Assembly: GCA_031411295.1 (NCBI GenBank)
Contig: JANOAV010000204.1
Coordinates: forward strand, 1-64,000
Direction: 5' to 3'
Source: Verrucomicrobiales bacterium
GTDB lineage: Bacteria; Verrucomicrobiota; Verrucomicrobiia; Verrucomicrobiales; V1-33
Length of the DNA stretch: 64,000 nucleotides
Each line of letters begins with the position of its first letter. Position 1 is the stretch's first letter. Below are positions 10,592 to 21,400 of this stretch, one piece after another. The position numbers were made by a program, and so were the translations under genes. The notes beneath the pieces are model-generated. The model saw only the letters and a list, made by a program, of their open reading frames with translations. It had not been told where the DNA came from and searched no databases.

Positions 10592-11956
10592 ATGATTGAA
10601 CTTCCCCCGCCGATTCCTCAACTGGATCCCCCTGCTGCGCCTGCCAAGTTTGCGCGTGCTGGGTTATGGATGGGACTGGTTACCATCCTGCTGTGCGTGT
10701 GGTTTGTGCTGAGCCAGGGCGGAAACCACAGTCACGAAAAATCGGAGGTCATTGAACCCAATCCCCTCACGAATTTGCTGGCCCGATACCTCATTGGCTC
10801 GAAAGAACTGCTGCAGGGCACGCCTGCCTGGAATAGCCAATCCGCGCAGCAGCTGAGTGCGAGCCTTAAGCAGCATGCGCGTGCTCCAGCGGATCAGTTC
10901 CGCTCAGAATTGGTCTGCGCGGTATTGGAGGACCGCAGGCCCGGTGAAATTTTGCTCAAGGAGATTGCGGAGCGTGAACCTGCACTCAAGCAAGACGCGG
11001 ATTTCGTCGTCTCGCTCTCCGTGTCCACCGAGGATCCTTCCGCCAGTCAATGGCAGTGGTTCGAGGCGCGCCACGGCTGGGTGGCACGGTTGGCCCAGGC
11101 TCAGGCCATGCAATGGCCGCAGCCGCAATGGGATCAGCTTAAGGCAGAAGCCACCGCCACCATGGTCACCTTCGGTGGAGCCAGCCTGTTTGGATTTGCG
11201 GCGTTTATCGGCGGCATCGCGCTGCTGGTCATACTCATTTCCCGGTGGCGGAAAGGACGCATCCGCCCAGCGCTGCAAGGCGCGAATCCCAAACAAGCTC
11301 ACGCCCTCATCGAGGCCTTCGCAATTTACCTTTTCGGCTATACCGTGGTCATCATGCTGTTGCATTGGTTCCTCCCCACACTCCCCAACCTGCTTTACTA
11401 TGCCGTGGCCCTGGCGTTCGTCGGGATCGGCATTTTCTGGCCGCGCTGGCGCGGCCTGAGCAGGGAGCAATGGATTGAGACGATGGGCTGGCACCGCGGA
11501 CATGGCGTGCTGAAGGAAATGGGGATTGGCCTGTTAGGCTGGGTGGCTGGCCTGCCGCTCCTGTTGGCGGCGGCCTCGCTGGCTCCGGTCATTTCCCGCT
11601 GGACGGGCGCAGACCCTACCCACCCCATCGTTCAGGAAATCACGCAACCCGGCCTGGCGCGCTGGGGCATCATCGCTCTGGCCGTGATCTGGGCTCCGCT
11701 GGTGGAGGAAACCATGTTCCGCGGCTTGCTTTTCCCCGGGCTCTCGGCGGGCAAGCGCTGGCTGTTAGGCTCGGTCCTCAGCGCCTTCATCTTTGCCGTG
11801 ATCCATCCCCAAGGCTGGGCGGGCGTGCCCGCCATCATGGCCATCGCGATCACGCTCTCCACATTGCGTTTACTGCGCGGAAGTTTGATTGCCCCCATGA
11901 CCGCTCATGCGTTAAACAACGGCATGGTCTGCGGCCTCCTACTCTTCGCCCTTTGA
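10592..11956 (+). CDS. CPBP (CAAX/Abi) family intramembrane metalloprotease
   Basis: Multiple transmembrane helices; EETMFRG, FAVIH and AHALNN motifs. Confidence 0.9.
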   Translation: MIELPPPIPQLDPPAAPAKFARAGLWMGLVTILLCVWFVLSQGGNHSHEKSEVIEPNPLTNLLARYLIGSKELLQGTPAWNSQSAQQLSASLKQHARAPADQFRSELVCAVLEDRRPGEILLKEIAEREPALKQDADFVVSLSVSTEDPSASQWQWFEARHGWVARLAQAQAMQWPQPQWDQLKAEATATMVTFGGASLFGFAAFIGGIALLVILISRWRKGRIRPALQGANPKQAHALIEAFAIYLFGYTVVIMLLHWFLPTLPNLLYYAVALAFVGIGIFWPRWRGLSREQWIETMGWHRGHGVLKEMGIGLLGWVAGLPLLLAAASLAPVISRWTGADPTHPIVQEITQPGLARWGIIALAVIWAPLVEETMFRGLLFPGLSAGKRWLLGSVLSAFIFAVIHPQGWAGVPAIMAIAITLSTLRLLRGSLIAPMTAHALNNGMVCGLLLFAL

Positions 11957-11960
11957 TTTT

Positions 11961-13394
11961 ATGAAACCCATCCTCTGCCTTCTCCTCACGCTATCCGAAC
12001 TGGCCTTGGCTGCGCCATCGTATGTCATCTCGGTTTCCGAAGCCACGTCCGCAGATCCCCAGTGGCAATCCGTCGTAGCCAAATTAAAATCGAAACACCA
12101 GGCGACGGTCCTCACCTGGAAACAAGCCCCGGAAGAAACCCTCCCCGGCCTACAGCAGGCCATGCCCCGCTACACCTGCTTTGTGGCCACGCCCGAGGAA
12201 ACTACGCGAGCCTTCGTGCAGCGAGTGCATCAGCTCACGCGGCGTTTGGATGATGATCCTTACACGGATACCCAGTGGGGCATCCTGACAGGGTTTGATG
12301 CCGCCAATGCCCTGGCCATCGCCAGCGAGGAAAAGCCGCTCACGATCCATCAGGTCGGATCCGGCACCGAGTTAGCCATGGATCGCATCGAAGCTGGAAC
12401 CTGGTATTGTGAACTACGCCAGAGCCACATGGTCCATAAGTCCAGCGGCGGATTGCCTCAGGAGGAAACGGTGGCTCCCGATACCACGAAGGCCTTGGTG
12501 GATCTGATCAATCAAGGCGCGCCCGACCTCTGGGTCACGTCCGGCCACGCCACGGAGCGGGATTGGATGATCGGTTTCCGTTATCGCAACGGCTTCTGGA
12601 AAAGCCACGCAGGCCAGTTGTTCGGGGAAGACATGAAAGGTCATCGCTTCGATGTTAGCAGCACGAACCCCAAAGTTTACCTCCCCATCGGCAACTGTCT
12701 GGCTGGCCACATCGACGGCCCGGATGCCATGGCGTTGGCCTATATGAAGAGTGCCACCGTGCGACAAATGGCCGGTTACGTGCTGCCCACGTGGTATGGT
12801 TATCAGGGCTGGGGCCTGCTCGATTATTTCGTTGAGCAACCGGGCCGCCTCAGCCTGACGGAAGCTTTCCACGCCAATAACATCGCCCTCGTCCAACGGT
12901 TGCTGACGAACTTTCCCGGGGCTGAAAAAATCGAGCGAGTGGACGCCATGGGGAGGCCGCCGAAGGGTGTCGCGCTCCCGCCGGGCCACCACACCCAACT
13001 AACCCAACAAGACTTGCAGGGCCTGTTGTTCGATCGCGATAACGTGGCGTTTTATGGCGACCCAGCTTGGGAGGCCCGGATGGCACCAGGCAAACTGAAC
13101 TGGGAGCAATCCTTAACGGTCGATGCCTCCGGCAAACACACACTAACGATCAAGCCTCTAGCCGGAGCTGATACTTGGACCACGGTAAACAAAAACGGTG
13201 CCCAACGCGGAGGTCGCCCCATTTTCCAATTCCTGCCTAATCGCATTGATCCGCGGAAGATCACGATCACCTCCGGGGCGGATTTAAGCCCCGTGATTGC
13301 TGATGATTTCATTCTGATTCCATTGCCAACCTCAGGCGAACAGTCACTCACGCTGCAATTCACCACCACCGTTGCCAAAGAAGGCTCGCGGTAA
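11961..13394 (+). CDS. Secreted protein, possibly peptidase C25 (gingipain/caspase fold)-like
   Basis: Signal peptide; SGH and GNC candidate His-Cys dyad; FYGDP motif. The family assignment is tentative. Confidence 0.55.
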   Translation: MKPILCLLLTLSELALAAPSYVISVSEATSADPQWQSVVAKLKSKHQATVLTWKQAPEETLPGLQQAMPRYTCFVATPEETTRAFVQRVHQLTRRLDDDPYTDTQWGILTGFDAANALAIASEEKPLTIHQVGSGTELAMDRIEAGTWYCELRQSHMVHKSSGGLPQEETVAPDTTKALVDLINQGAPDLWVTSGHATERDWMIGFRYRNGFWKSHAGQLFGEDMKGHRFDVSSTNPKVYLPIGNCLAGHIDGPDAMALAYMKSATVRQMAGYVLPTWYGYQGWGLLDYFVEQPGRLSLTEAFHANNIALVQRLLTNFPGAEKIERVDAMGRPPKGVALPPGHHTQLTQQDLQGLLFDRDNVAFYGDPAWEARMAPGKLNWEQSLTVDASGKHTLTIKPLAGADTWTTVNKNGAQRGGRPIFQFLPNRIDPRKITITSGADLSPVIADDFILIPLPTSGEQSLTLQFTTTVAKEGSR

Positions 13395-13522
13395 ATTTGC
13401 CGCCGCTCGATCAACCACGAACGCGCACTGAGGGATCTGAAATTTCCATCGCAAGAAATGCATCCAGTGCTACCATCCGTCCGTAGTCCGTATTAACTGC
13501 AAATCCAAAACCAAGCTAAACT

Positions 13523-13882
13523 ATGAAAACACTATTGATCCTAATTGCCGCCGTATTCATGACCTCTCCGGTCTTCGCAGATGCCGCCAACACCAAATGC
13601 CCCACCAGTGGCAAAGACGTGGACAAGGCCGTCACCTCCACCTATAGCAAGAAAGTTGGCTTCTGCTGTGACAAATGCAAAGCTAAGTTCGATGCAGATC
13701 CCGCCAAATTCACCAAGGAAGTTGCCGCCTACAAAGCGGACAGCGGCAAGTGCGTCATGAGTGGCAAACCCGTGGACGCAGCCAAGTCCTCCGAGTTCAA
13801 AAAGGAAGTGGCTTTCTGCTGTCCCAAGTGCAAAGCGGGCTTCGACAAAGATCCTGATGCTGGCATCGGCGGTGTGAAGTAA
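13523..13882 (+). CDS. Small secreted protein with YHS/TRASH-like Cys motifs
   Basis: Signal peptide; duplicated C(P/V)xSGK...FCCxKCKAxFD module. Confidence 0.8.
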   Translation: MKTLLILIAAVFMTSPVFADAANTKCPTSGKDVDKAVTSTYSKKVGFCCDKCKAKFDADPAKFTKEVAAYKADSGKCVMSGKPVDAAKSSEFKKEVAFCCPKCKAGFDKDPDAGIGGVK

Positions 13883-13905
13883 CACCCAGTCTAAATTTGG
13901 CACAT

Positions 13906-13940
13906 CGGGCCGAGGGACAATCCCTCGGCCCGTTTTTTTT
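13906..13940 (+). terminator. Rho-independent terminator
   Basis: CGGGCCGAGGGA-caa-TCCCTCGGCCCG (12-bp stem) followed by T8. Confidence 0.92.
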
Positions 13941-14016
13941 GCGTTAGAGAAATCTTCCAAAAGTCTGCCGCGTCATAATTCCGTAACATCTGGGTGGGAG
14001 AGTGGGGGCGTGATCA

Positions 14017-14490
14017 GTGCGTTCGGGTGTTCCGAGCCGAAAAGGTCACGATGAACCAAAACAGGAAGAGCAAGTCATCAAAGGCCTGAACTTGGGCGCA
14101 GACGATTACGTCACGAAGCCCTTCAGCATTCATCAACTCCTCACCCGCGTGGCCGCATTCCTCAGGCGGCAGCGGCATCAATCCCCATCAGTCATCCGAT
14201 TGGGCGACGTTGAAGTGAACCTAACCGCTCGCGAACTCCGTCGGGCTGGCAATTTGGTGGAAATGACGCCCAAAGAGTTCGGCTTGTTAGAATTCTTCCT
14301 CCGCCATCAAGACCGCGCCCTCACACGCGAACAAATTTTAAATGCCGTCTGGGGTTTGGATGCCGTCGTCACCGAACGCAGCGTGGACCGAGCTGTCACG
14401 CTACTGCGTCAGAAAATCGAAGAGAATCAGTATCGCCCGAAATTTATCCGCACCGTGCAGAAGGTTGGGTATCGTTTCGAAATGGAGTAA
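14017..14490 (+). pseudogene. N-terminally truncated OmpR/PhoB response regulator
   Basis: Only the end of the receiver (GLNLGADDYVTKPF) plus an intact winged helix (TPKEFGLL...IRTVQKVGYRF); the phosphoacceptor region is absent. Confidence 0.75.
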
Positions 14491-14590
14491 GTGGAACAGG
14501 TTTCTTGTTTGGCGCTCAATAGTTCACCGCCCATTGCCCAAAGTGTGTTGGCTCTGCCCACGCAGACCGGACGGGGCCGATTTCCAAAAC

Positions 14591-15343
14591 TTATTCACTG
14601 ATGGTGGGACCTTGGTTTTGCTGGAGGGCGCGGACTTCTTGGCGGAGTGCTTGGATCTCCTTGGTGAGGAGCTGGATTTCGCTGTCTTCCCGTTTAATTT
14701 CTGGTTCGACGAAAAGACTGGCGATGAATCCGGTAAAGGTCCCGAAGAGGCCGACGCCTGCGGTCATGAGAATGCAGGCCAGGATGCGTCCTTCTGGGGA
14801 AACGGGAAAGCGGTCGCCATAGCCTACAGTGGTGATGGTGGTGTAGGCCCACCAGAAGGCGTCCTGGGGGGATTTGATGTTGGCATCAGCGCCATCTTCG
14901 AATTGAAGCACTGCGATGGAGGAGAAGACTACGAGCATGAAGGAAATGGCAGCCACTGCGGCAAAGGAATTGCTGCGGCCGCGGAGGAAGAATCCCAGCA
15001 GGGTGCGGGTGGATCTGAGAGCCCGCAGGATTCGGATGAGGCGGATGATGCGCACGAGGCGGCCCATGCGAAAACTGTCGAGGATGGGGATGCTGGAGAG
15101 GAGGTCGATCCAGCCCCATTTCATGTAAGCGCGTTTGCTGGGGGCTTGGTAAAAGCGCACGGAGAAGTCGATCAGAAACGCCATGCAAACGTAGAAATCT
15201 ACTTTCTGCAGCAACTCTGCCGCATCGGGATCGAGCTTAAAGACAGCCTCAATGAGCAACGCTACGAGGACGTAGGCCGAAAGAAAAAGCATGAGCACCT
15301 GCCAGGCCGAGAAGTCTTGTGACTGAGGGCGTGCTTGGTGCAT
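14591..15343 (-). CDS. Voltage-gated potassium channel (ion transporter)
   Basis: S4-like RMGRLVRIIRLIRILRALR; selectivity filter TTITTVGYGD. Confidence 0.93.
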   Translation of the reverse strand: MHQARPQSQDFSAWQVLMLFLSAYVLVALLIEAVFKLDPDAAELLQKVDFYVCMAFLIDFSVRFYQAPSKRAYMKWGWIDLLSSIPILDSFRMGRLVRIIRLIRILRALRSTRTLLGFFLRGRSNSFAAVAAISFMLVVFSSIAVLQFEDGADANIKSPQDAFWWAYTTITTVGYGDRFPVSPEGRILACILMTAGVGLFGTFTGFIASLFVEPEIKREDSEIQLLTKEIQALRQEVRALQQNQGPTISE

Positions 15344-15352
15344 GGACTGAGT

Positions 15353-16363
15353 TTACAGTGCTGGCCCGCCGTTTTGGCGTGGTTTGGTGGTGGGGGTCAT
15401 GTCGGTGACATGCAGGGTGGTGATGGTGCCGCGGGCTTCTTCTTTGAAACTGACGGTGCCGGTCACTTTATACCACCCGGATTCACGATAGTCTGGTTTG
15501 GGGCCATCGAATTCGATGGGGAAGGAGACGGGGCGGGCGTCGGCAGCACAGCAGGTCATCTGGAGTTCGAAGACGCGCAGGGTGTTGCCGTCTTTGCTGA
15601 AATTATCTGCTACCACTTGAGAGGTGACCACGGCGGTCTGTCCAGTCATGACGCGGCGGAGATCAGGATCGCCTGCCGCGCTCCAGAGATCGGAAACGGA
15701 CAGCGGGAACTGACCTTGGTCGTTGGGGGGGCAGTATTTCTTGAAGTCTTCCAAGGTAAATTTCGACGCTGCTCCGCCGGCATTGGAAGCATCCTTTTTG
15801 ACCATGGCGGCAGAGGCGTTGCCTGCGGCCGGAGCATTGGCGGCCATGAGGCTGTTGGCTTGGGTCGCTTTAAATTCATCGGTCCAGTCCGGCGGAGCAT
15901 AAGCGGCTGAGAGACCAACGGGTGCCACGAGGATGAAGAGAGTGATGAGGCGGCTGAGCCACGATCCCTGTTCGTGGTGGTGATGGTCATGCCCGCCGTC
16001 GCTGGAGTGATCATGGCCGCAACCAGGGAAACGGTTCCGCATCAGGAAATTGAATGCCGCAAGGATCAGCAGCGCAAAGCCGCCAATGAGCGCCTGCTCG
16101 CGGAAGATGCCGACCGAGGCGAGGAAGGGGATGACTTTCCCGGAAGCCACATAATACACCAGCACTCCACCCCAGACTGCGAGCGCGAGGGATTCCAAGC
16201 TGGTGAAAAGCTTATCATTGGCATCCCCATGCTCGTGATGCTCGTGGCTGTGACCATGCGCCTCGTCATGATGGTGGTCATGGCCACCGCAACAAGTGCC
16301 CTCCGCGTGGTCGTGATCGCAGGATGGGACGGTGGATTCGCCTGATGTTTCTGATGCGTTCAT
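15353..16363 (-). CDS. DUF1980/TIGR03943 family membrane protein with His-rich segments
   Basis: C-terminal MTCCAADA and WYKVTG; two His/Cys-rich tracts; overlaps the upstream permease gene. Confidence 0.8.
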   Translation of the reverse strand: MNASETSGESTVPSCDHDHAEGTCCGGHDHHHDEAHGHSHEHHEHGDANDKLFTSLESLALAVWGGVLVYYVASGKVIPFLASVGIFREQALIGGFALLILAAFNFLMRNRFPGCGHDHSSDGGHDHHHHEQGSWLSRLITLFILVAPVGLSAAYAPPDWTDEFKATQANSLMAANAPAAGNASAAMVKKDASNAGGAASKFTLEDFKKYCPPNDQGQFPLSVSDLWSAAGDPDLRRVMTGQTAVVTSQVVADNFSKDGNTLRVFELQMTCCAADARPVSFPIEFDGPKPDYRESGWYKVTGTVSFKEEARGTITTLHVTDMTPTTKPRQNGGPAL

Positions 16364-17346
16364 GGTTTGAGTGGGACTGGAAGGTCAAGCACTTGGCCCC
16401 ACCCGAGGGTCATGAGCCAAGTTAAGAGCGCGAGGGCGAACACCAAGATGATGACCACCCGTCGTTGGAGAATTGTGGAGTAAAGGAAGATCAACTTCAT
16501 GTCCATCATAGGGCCGAATACGAGAAATGCAAGTTTGGCGCTTTTGGAGAAAAGGGAATCGGCCGCAATGACGAAGGCGTCGGTGGTGCTGCAGAGTGAG
16601 AGCACGAAAGCAAGGGCCATCAAAATCAACGGAGCCAACCAGGGGTCTCTCCCGATGGTCATGAGTTGCTCCTGCATGCCCGGCCGGAAGACGACTTGAG
16701 TTTTGAAGATGGAAGCAATGAGAACCCCGATGACGAAATACATGCCGACATCGACAAAATCCTTTTGGGCCGTGCGCATGGCTTGCACGAGTTTACGGCC
16801 ATCGTCGTTGGTGGATCGTGGGGCTGGTGGAGCTTCGGCGGCAGCGGCGGCGGCTCGGGCTCCGTCATTTACATGATCCATGATGTGGGGATGCAGGATT
16901 TGCTTGGCAGTAAAGCGGGTCATCACAAGTCCGATGATGACGGCAATCATGTAACCCAGAGCCAAACGGCTTCCCATCATGATCCATGGGCGGTGCGGGT
17001 CCAGGCTGCCGTCTCCCACTTGAAATGCAGACCAAGTGCTCAGGGCCACGATTGGGTTAATAATCGGAGCGGAGAGCATGTAAGTCATGGCGCAGGAGAT
17101 CGGAAGTCCCTTGGCGACGAGGCGTCGGATGACGGGGACGATGGCGCATTCACAGACCGGAAAGACGGCCCCCATGAGGCCAGCCACGAAGACAGCGGCG
17201 TATTTGTTGCTGGGGAGGAATCGATCCATGGCCTTGGATGGCAGGAAGGAATCGATCAGCCCGGAAATGACGGCCCCCAGTAAGATATACGGTGCTCCTT
17301 CCAGCATGAGGCTGAGGAACATGTGAAGGATATCTTCGTATTTCAT
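16360..17346 (-). CDS. DUF318 (ArsP/YcgR-like) permease
   Basis: FPVCECAIVPV, SAPIINP, SLCSTTDAF, FLVFGPMMDMK. Confidence 0.9.
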   Translation of the reverse strand: MKYEDILHMFLSLMLEGAPYILLGAVISGLIDSFLPSKAMDRFLPSNKYAAVFVAGLMGAVFPVCECAIVPVIRRLVAKGLPISCAMTYMLSAPIINPIVALSTWSAFQVGDGSLDPHRPWIMMGSRLALGYMIAVIIGLVMTRFTAKQILHPHIMDHVNDGARAAAAAAEAPPAPRSTNDDGRKLVQAMRTAQKDFVDVGMYFVIGVLIASIFKTQVVFRPGMQEQLMTIGRDPWLAPLILMALAFVLSLCSTTDAFVIAADSLFSKSAKLAFLVFGPMMDMKLIFLYSTILQRRVVIILVFALALLTWLMTLGWGQVLDLPVPLKP

Positions 17347-17385
17347 AGATCACGCATTGGTTCAGCCCCGTTGCTTGTGAGCAAA

Positions 17386-17937
17386 TTAGGCTGCGGGATT
17401 CTTCGGAGCCTCAGGTGGTGCCTCGGCGGCTGAGACCGGAGCGACTTCGGCGGCTGGAGCGATTGAAGATTCCGTTAGCATACGTGCGTCTAGATCCCGG
17501 GGGGAAGAATTGCCGAAGAGGCGGTTGAAGAGTCGCTTGGGGAGGCTCTGTCCGGAGTCTTCGGCTGAGAGTTCCTCGGCGGCTTGGGCTTTGGCGGTTT
17601 CCCAGGCGGCGGCAAATCCCGGAGCCTGGAGGACCATGCGTTTCTCGGCGCGCGTGAGGGTTTCAAGATCTCGGGAGATTTTTTGATCTGGCTTCTCCAT
17701 GAGCTGCTGGACCCGAACCCGGAGGTGTTCGTTCTCTTTAGTCGTAGCATCTTTTTCTTTGCGGATGACTTCATATTGGCGGGCTTCCAACTCGAGTTTG
17801 TCACTGAGCAGTTTCTTGTAGCGACGGAGTTCGCGCTTGGTTTTGAAATGAGCCCAGGCACTCAGGCTGAAGAAGAGCAGGCCCAAGGCTAGGCCCCACG
17901 CGAAGGGTTCTTTGAGGAAATTGATGAAGGCGTCCAT
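17386..17937 (-). CDS. Membrane-anchored coiled-coil protein, hypothetical
   Basis: N-terminal transmembrane helix followed by a charged helical region. Confidence 0.75.
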   Translation of the reverse strand: MDAFINFLKEPFAWGLALGLLFFSLSAWAHFKTKRELRRYKKLLSDKLELEARQYEVIRKEKDATTKENEHLRVRVQQLMEKPDQKISRDLETLTRAEKRMVLQAPGFAAAWETAKAQAAEELSAEDSGQSLPKRLFNRLFGNSSPRDLDARMLTESSIAPAAEVAPVSAAEAPPEAPKNPAA

Positions 17938-18093
17938 AGGAAACAAATTTAAGGGGGGGGTGGAGCTTCAGACATAAACGAGTTCTGCGCAGAGTAAACC
18001 GGAAAGCCACAGACGAAAAGGCGGAACCAATTTTGGAAATGTGAGTAATTTGTCAGAAACACTATTCACCCTGATTTCTCTCAAGGAGAAAAG

Positions 18094-18175
<82 letters not shown>

Positions 18176-18488
18176 AGGTAATAACCATCAATTAGAACAA
18201 CGAGGGGAACGCAGGCCATCCAGTGGATAACTGCGTTCTGGCATGTAAACCGAACCACTGGGTGCCGCAAGTAATTTTCTTCGATTTGACCTTGGTAGGG
18301 GTGGATTTTCCTCTGTTGTTCTTATAACTAGCTCACCGTCAACGCGTCTGCGGATGGATTTCATGCCAAGTGACCAATTCTTCATCTCCCAGCAGCGAAG
18401 ATTCTTGCCACAGCTGAGCGTTTTGTGAAATAATCGGCACAAAGCGTTCTCTCCCCTGAACGCCCTGCCCCCTCTAGCTAATCCCCCA

Positions 18489-21400
18489 ATGTCCTCTGCA
18501 TCTCCATCCTTCAAAGCTGCGCTCCTCTGCAGCCTCCTCCTGAGTCCACTCACCCTTTTTGCGGTCCCCACCGCCGTAAATGACATTTACACCGGCACGG
18601 AGGATACGGTGCTAAGTGTAACTGGCACCGGCACGTCCAATCTACTAACGGCGGATTTCGAACCAGGGGCCAATCAAGCCGATGGCTTCACGTTGGTGAA
18701 AAATGCGTTTGGCACGACCGCGGCCACCACCACGGCAGCTTGGATGAGTGGGGCGTTGGTGACGACGGACAAGCACACCGGCACTTCCTCTTACTATGTG
18801 GACTGCGGTCGGGATAACACCCAGTTTGTCCCGAAATCTGTCGGCATCCAAACCACGATCACCCTGGCCAGTCCGGCCACGGTTCGCCTCACTTATTGGT
18901 ATCGGATGAAGGTCTCCGCAATGGAGTGGGGAGGCGGTGGGCAATACGAACTGGGAGATCACATGCTGAAGGTGGACAGCACTCTCTTCGGCACCCTTTA
19001 CACCGAAACGGCCCCGAACCCCGACTTCAGCAATACCGCCGTCCGCCATGTCCTCGGTCCACAAGGAGCCAGCACCGGCAGCAACGCGGTCAATGATTCC
19101 ACGTGGCTGCAGTATACGCAAGACATCGCCCTGACCGCTGGCAGCCATACGATTACCTTGGGAGCTTACAACAACTCCACCAACAACAACAACGAGCACG
19201 CGGAAATCTGGTTCGATGACATCACTATCGACACGGTGAATGCGGCTGCAGGACTGCTGTTAAATGATACCGGTGGTGCCACTTCGGCAGTGAAGGTGAC
19301 GGATCCCACGAACGGCACGCTGGTGTTCAACGCCAATGGCACCTTCACTTACACTCCGTCCGCCAATTTCTTCGGATCTGATAGTTTCACCTATCAGGCT
19401 AGCGACGGCACGGATTTATCGAACATCGCGACGGTGACCTTGAACATCACAGGAGTGAATGACACGCCCGTGGCAGTGGCGAACACTTACAACCTAAATG
19501 AAGATGTCCCTTTGACGGTGAATGCAGCCAACGGCGTGCTGGCGAATGATACCGATGCGGATGGCGATACGCTCACCGCAACTGTGAGGACTACGACGAC
19601 CAACGGCACGCTGACGATGAATGCCAATGGCAGTTTCACCTACACGCCGAATGCCAACTACAGCGGAACGGACAGTTTCACCTATCGGGCCAATGATGGG
19701 ACCGTAAATTCCAATACCGTGACGGTCACCCTGAACATTGCAGCGGTCAATGATGCTCCCGTGGGCTTGGGAGACGCTTACACCATGCCGCGGAATACGA
19801 CATTTACCATCAGTGATCCCAATGGCTCTTCAGTGGTGGAGGATGTGATTCTAGGCGCAGTGCGAGATGCGAACCACATGGTGACGACGCCGGGCTCGGT
19901 CTGGAAATACTGGGATCAAGGCGCGCTGCCAGTGGCAACGGCCAGCACTTGGAATACAGCGTTGAATCTGGATGAAACCGGCTGGGGATCGGGCGCTTCT
20001 GAATTGGGTTATGGAGACACCGCAGATGTGCCCCCGTGGCCGGAAGCAACCGCCATCGGTTTTGGCCCTAACGCCGGTTCCAAATATATCACCGCTTATT
20101 TTCGCAAGGTAGTCAATCTGACCGACGTAACCCACATCACGGCCGTGGATCTGCAATTAATGCGGGACGACGGGGTGAACCTCTACATCAATGGCCAGAT
20201 CGCCTATTGGAATAACACCTCCAGCTCCAGTCCGTTATTCGGTGACGTTGCCACCACCAACGGATCAACCGAGGAGCACAGCTGGATCTCCGCCTCGACG
20301 CTGGGCTCAGGGGTGGCGCAAAATCAAACCCCCACTGCCCCCAGTCCCGCTTTATTTGTCGAAGGCAACAATCTGGTGGCCGCCGAGGTCCATCAAAATC
20401 AAGGCACCAGCTCGGATCTTAGTTTCGACGTGCGTTTAAATGTTACCCGTCTGACAAATTTCGGCCTCCTGAGCAATGACAGCGACATTGAGGGGAACAC
20501 CTTTACCGCACAGCTCGCCACCGCCCCAGGGCACGGAAGCGCCACGGTGAATGCCAATGGCACTTTTAGCTACACCCCGACCATTGGGTATTCCGGAACG
20601 GATACTTTTACCTATCGGGCAGTGGACAGCTTGGGGGCGGCCTCAGCGCCTATCACAGTCACGATCACGATTACAGCCGGAGCCAATGTCCCTCCAATCA
20701 CGGTGGCTGACAGCTACAATGCCGTCGAGGACACGACCCTGACCGTAGCTGGTCCCGGCGTTTTGCAAAATGACATCGATCCCGATGGTGACAGTTTCAC
20801 CGCCGCCCTCTTGACCGATCCCACCAAGGGCACCCTAACGTTGAACCCTAATGGCTCCTTTGATTACGTGCCGAACCTCAATGCCACGGGCGTCGATACC
20901 TTTACCTATCGGGCCAACGATGGTGGGAATTCCCAACCCGCCACGGTCACGATTACGATTGCCCCACGGAACGACGCCCCCGTGGCCAATGTGGACAGTT
21001 ACGGAGGCGACCCCGGAGCCACCCTCACCGTTCCCGCAGCGACCGGGGTCTTGGCCAATGACACGGATGTGGATGGCGACACGCTCACCGCAATCTTGGT
21101 AACCCCTCCCAGCAGTGGAAGTCTAGTGCTCAACGCCAACGGTTCCTTCAGCTACACGCCTACCGTTACTGGCACCTACACCTTTACCTACATAGCGAAC
21201 GATGGCTCCACCTCCCCTCCGGGCGCAGCGAATTCGAATGTGACTACCGTCACCATTGTGCTTAACGGAGCCCCCATTACCCTGCCAGAATCATATCCCA
21301 CCAATGAAGATACGCCAGTCACCATTCCAGCCGCCACGGGCGTGCTAAATAATGACTATGATCCTGAGTCGCAGCCGCTTACCGCTCAACTTGTGGCTCA

